From: Chrysomallon squamiferum | Lineage: Eukaryota > Animalia > Mollusca | Direction: 5' to 3' | Assembly (NCBI GenBank): GCA_012295275.1 | Contig: CM022670.1 | Span: 11,966,001-12,030,000 of the forward strand | Length of the DNA: 64,000 bases | Shown here: positions 59,913 through 64,000 of the stretch, one piece after another | Position numbering within the stretch: position 1 is the stretch's first letter | Layout of the letters: each line of letters starts with the position of its first letter | Notes under the pieces: model-generated | The model's database searches: none | Seen by the model: only the letters and a program-made list of their open reading frames with translations | What the model was told of the DNA's origin: nothing | Program-made: the position numbers and the translations under genes

Positions 59913-61179
59913 TAACAATGTAAAGTTAAACACCTATAAAATATAGACATATACTTATATATATGGAATTTGGTTTTTTCTTTTCTTTTTTCTTTTTTTA
60001 AATTTTATATATAATTTCTGATAGGCGCTTTTAGTACAAATAGGAAAAAAAAAAAAAAATATATATATATAAAAAAACTAAATAAATAATTAAATAATTA
60101 AAGTCTAGAAAATTCTTTATTGTCTCGTATTTCTGCATATAAACTAGATTTGACAGCACAGGGTATCAAAACTGAGCGAGATGTGAAAAGTAATTTGCTA
60201 AATTGATATTGGCGTTTATCTGCTTATTTTTGGTGTATTTTAATAAGATTTATGAATTTATTATTATTATTTTTTTTTTATCTTCACTTGAACCTCTGTT
60301 TCATATAGATTATATGGCTCAGTGTTTTCCGGCTTTCACCAGATTTGTAGTAATGGTAAAAATGGCCATGAAAAACGAAAAAAACCGTCACCAAAAGACA
60401 GCCGAAAAAAAAAAAAAAAAAAAAAAACGTTATATAAACTGTTCTGCAATGGCGACAACCGCATGCATAAAATATAAACATAAATAAATAAAAGTAATAA
60501 AGAAAATTAAAATTAAACTTAAACTAAAAAAAAAAAAAAAATCTATTATTTTTGAATATTAAAACCTCTTCTCGCTATATTCTTATTTCAGACTTGACTT
60601 TATAACATATTTATTTCTTCTTTTTTTTTTTTCTTCAAAATTAAAAGGAAGAAAAACGAAGAAGAACGATCGGCTAGGCATATTTTCACGTATTATGACG
60701 AGAACAATAAAATGCATTGCAAAATGTGAGAAACGTCAGTGTTGACAAGTATATTATATGTTAATGAAACAGACTTCGTTTTCTTTCCTTCAGTCGAAGT
60801 CGTGTAAGCGAATCTATCTCTGAGACTAAAATGAATGCGTCTTCTGTTCGACAATGTCGTCTGGTTCTTTTTAAGTTCAGTGGTATTGTTAAGAGACGTG
60901 CTATCGACAATAACCTAACATCGGTTGGGGGGAAATTATTCTGTATGCGAAGTCATCCGTGAAATTACTGAAGGTGACAGCATGTAAGTCAACACAGTCT
61001 GTGATATAATAATAATAATAATAATAATAACGACAATGATGACAAAAATGATAACGCTGACGACAATAATAAATAAATAAATAATAAAGATAATAATAAA
61101 GAAATGGAGTGGTATTTTTTCAAGTGAAGTGGGATTTCAGTGCAGTCAGCAACAAAATGATTTAATAAAACGAAACCGA

Positions 61180-61213
<34 letters not shown>

Positions 61214-61859
61214 CGATTCGTGACTTTGTAATTAAAAAAATAAATCATGTTATAGTAGTTTTCTTGAGATTTGTCCTAAGTAGTTACTGACGTCAGCGAA
61301 TGGCTTAAGTTAACTGAAAGTAAGATTTAGTGAGATTATGTATTAATTAGAGACTTTTATTTTTAAATAATAGAGAATATCACGAATATATAGATCTATG
61401 ATTGAGATATTCCGTGTGTGTGCGTGCGCGCGTATGCATTGAGTATCTGAATGAATGTGAGCGACATAGATAGATACAGTATCTATCAATCTAACTATAT
61501 ATTGTTATGTTATATTATGTTATATTATATTATATTATATTATATTATATTATATTATCTATAGAAAGAAAGAGATAGAACAATTTGAACGTTTTTAGAC
61601 TGTTATTACTTTCAAAAGAAAATTAAACGCATGATTATTAATTAAATGATTAATTTAAGGCACGTACGAATACACGTCATTAGGCACCCTGTTTTTTTAA
61701 CACTCTCATGTCATATGTATGAGCTGCGTTCGGAAGAGGAAATTAAAATATACATATTGCAAAACCTTCCGGTAATTTTATTGTCGGTAACCACTGAACA
61801 ACAGGAAAATTGTTAACATCATTTATCCTCATATTACTGCTATTTATTTATTTATGCAT

Positions 61860-61882
61860 TTCTTCTTCTTCTTCTTCTTCTT

Positions 61883-61913
<31 letters not shown>

Positions 61914-61922
61914 TTATTATTA
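61860..61922. repeat. (TTC)n(TTA)n microsatellite
   Basis: Trinucleotide run producing the poly-Ser ORF. Confidence 0.9.
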
Positions 61923-64000
61923 TCATAATACAGTAATAATTATTATTATTACAGCAGAGTTATTGTTTTTGTTATTTGTTTCCAATGTCATCGTTGTCGC
62001 TGTCCTTATTTATTAGTAGTTGTTGTTGTCATGACGGTGGTCGTTGTTGCTGATGCTTGTTTATTTCCTTCTCTCTCTGATCTATCTCTAATCGAAAAGT
62101 GTCACATTCTGATAATTTTTACAGTGATAATATTTGATTAATTGTATTTTAAAAAATAACAGATGAATGCAAATCAGTGGTTAGGCGCTGATCAGACGTT
62201 GGCAGTTTGCCCAATCAAATCGAATTATATCAGATTATGGACGTTTTATATGTTCCAGCAGAACCTAATAACTGTAACCAATATATATATATATATATTA
62301 ATTTGGCATTAAATACATTATCATCATCTTCGTCGTCAGCATTAATATTGTTATTAGTAGCAATAGCATGTCAGTAGTAGTAGTAGTGGTAGTAGTAATT
62401 GCAGCCGCAGTTGGAGTCGTAGTAGTGGTACAAGCAGTAGTAGTAGAAGAAGTATCAGTAACAGTGGTAGCTGCAGCAATAGTAGAGTAGAATAGTAATA
62501 GTAGCAGCAATAGTAGTTACAGTAATAACACAAGCAGCAATTATTATAGTAGTAGAAGTTGTAATATTAGTAATAGAATGGTACTGCGATACAAATTGTA
62601 GAAGTTGTTGTGGTAAAGAGTTACTAGTTGTGGCAGTGGTGAAAATAATAAAGAGATGGTTATGTCAATCTATGACAGTAAAAAGAAGTTAACTAATGAC
62701 AGATTTAAATACATTAAGAATTAATTTACTTAGAATTATTATTATTATTAGTAGTAGTAGTAGTAGTATATTATTATTAGTAGTAGTAGTAGTAGTAGTA
62801 GTACTAGTAGTACAATTATATAGAAGTAGTAATAGTAGTAGTGTAGCAGTACCAGTAGTAGTTGTAATGATAACAATAGTGTAGATCTAGTACTAGCAGT
62901 AGTTTATAGTAGTAGGATTTACAATAGTAGTATTGTATATACAGCAACCAGTCATAAACTTTTCCAAATAATTACTCAACTGATTATGACATTATATCCC
63001 ACATCGACTAAGTTAAGGTTACTGTGCCGTGTTATTCAACATTGTACTGGCCGTAAAACAAACTCCTGTTATGACGGCTGATGATATATGTATATGAAAT
63101 TATTTTCCACTGCTGCTTCGTTTTAAAATTTAATAATAAAATAAAAAAAAATAAAAAATAAAAAAAATGAAATACAATAAAAAAAAAAAAAGAAAAAATG
63201 AAATAAAAAAAAAAAAAATAAATAAAAAAAAATAAAAAAAATGATTATGTTTAGTATCTAAACACAAAACAACAACAACCCAATAATACCAAATTATGTC
63301 TTGTTCTTTTTATATTATTAGTTATCTGAGGCAGGCGAAATTTCGGTCAATCGATAACCCTCTTCGGGTATTAACGCCACTTGGATACATTTCAGTTTTA
63401 CGCTTGATCAAAGAACACGTCTGCTTCGACTGATACCGCAGAACAATGGCGGGATTATTATGTTTTTAACGTCTGCTTTTCAGAAATAAGTAATTACAAA
63501 GTTATTTCTTTTGTATCCACAATCATGCAAATGAATCGAATTTTGATTTATAGCACAAAGTTGACTTTGATTTTTTTTTCCCCTTATTTTTTTGTTTTAG
63601 TTTTTGTTTTTCATTTTTTTTCTTCTTTTTTTTACAAGATCCAGGAGATCGACTGAAATTTGATAGTTGAAAATTATTATGGAGGATTACAATAACCGAC
63701 ATCGTTCAAAGCTTGTTTTTGTTTTGTAAATAATTTCTGAATTCAGTGGTTCAAAAATGCATTTATTCTTTTTCGATCAATAATAACCGCATTACTGCTA
63801 ATGGTCCTGACTGAGTTTTGTTGGAAATAATTCAGAATGAGTAATTATTGAGTAAAGATAGTTGTATGTAATTTGATCATAAAAAATACATTTAATTTAT
63901 AATAACTGTAAGCAGTAATATTGCAGTTAGTATAATTATTTCACTGCCATAGCAGTAATGGCAGCTGTAGTGGTAGAAACAGTAGTAGTAGTAGTAGTAG

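Overview
AT-rich, microsatellite-dense animal genomic DNA with GT-AG spliceosomal introns; probably an invertebrate, with mollusc/lophotrochozoan my inference rather than a demonstrated result. Reading splice sites and phases by hand gives six protein-coding genes in the order: (+) single-exon KCNE-like single-pass membrane protein 4023-4484; (-) DEK, 12 coding exons, 10337-18587; (+) RNF144-type RBR E3 ligase, 8 coding exons, 21230-25845; (-) ribonucleotide reductase small subunit RRM2, 8 exons including a 27-nt microexon, 33332-38444; (+) STPG1/MAPO2-like PG-repeat protein, 9 exons, 39088-45087; (+) an unrecognised basic 392-aa single-exon ORF 50237-51415. The last ~12 kb is non-coding, CpG-retaining and rich in simple repeats. 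The strongest lead is the KCNE-like protein: it aligns without gaps to the vertebrate KCNE transmembrane signature, has N-glycosylation sequons and a C-terminal PDZ ligand (ETIV), and sits in a gene block whose human homologues fall in one paralogon that also holds KCNE1/2. Other leads are splicing features (microexon creating a CDK site, duplicated decoy acceptors, a stop-creating NAGNAG, a candidate alternative terminal DEK exon), an E2F/NF-Y versus RFX bidirectional promoter, and a sharp CpG-depletion boundary near 47.5 kb. No rRNA, tRNA, CRISPR or intact transposon was recognised. Homologue sequences and human map positions are recalled, not searched.
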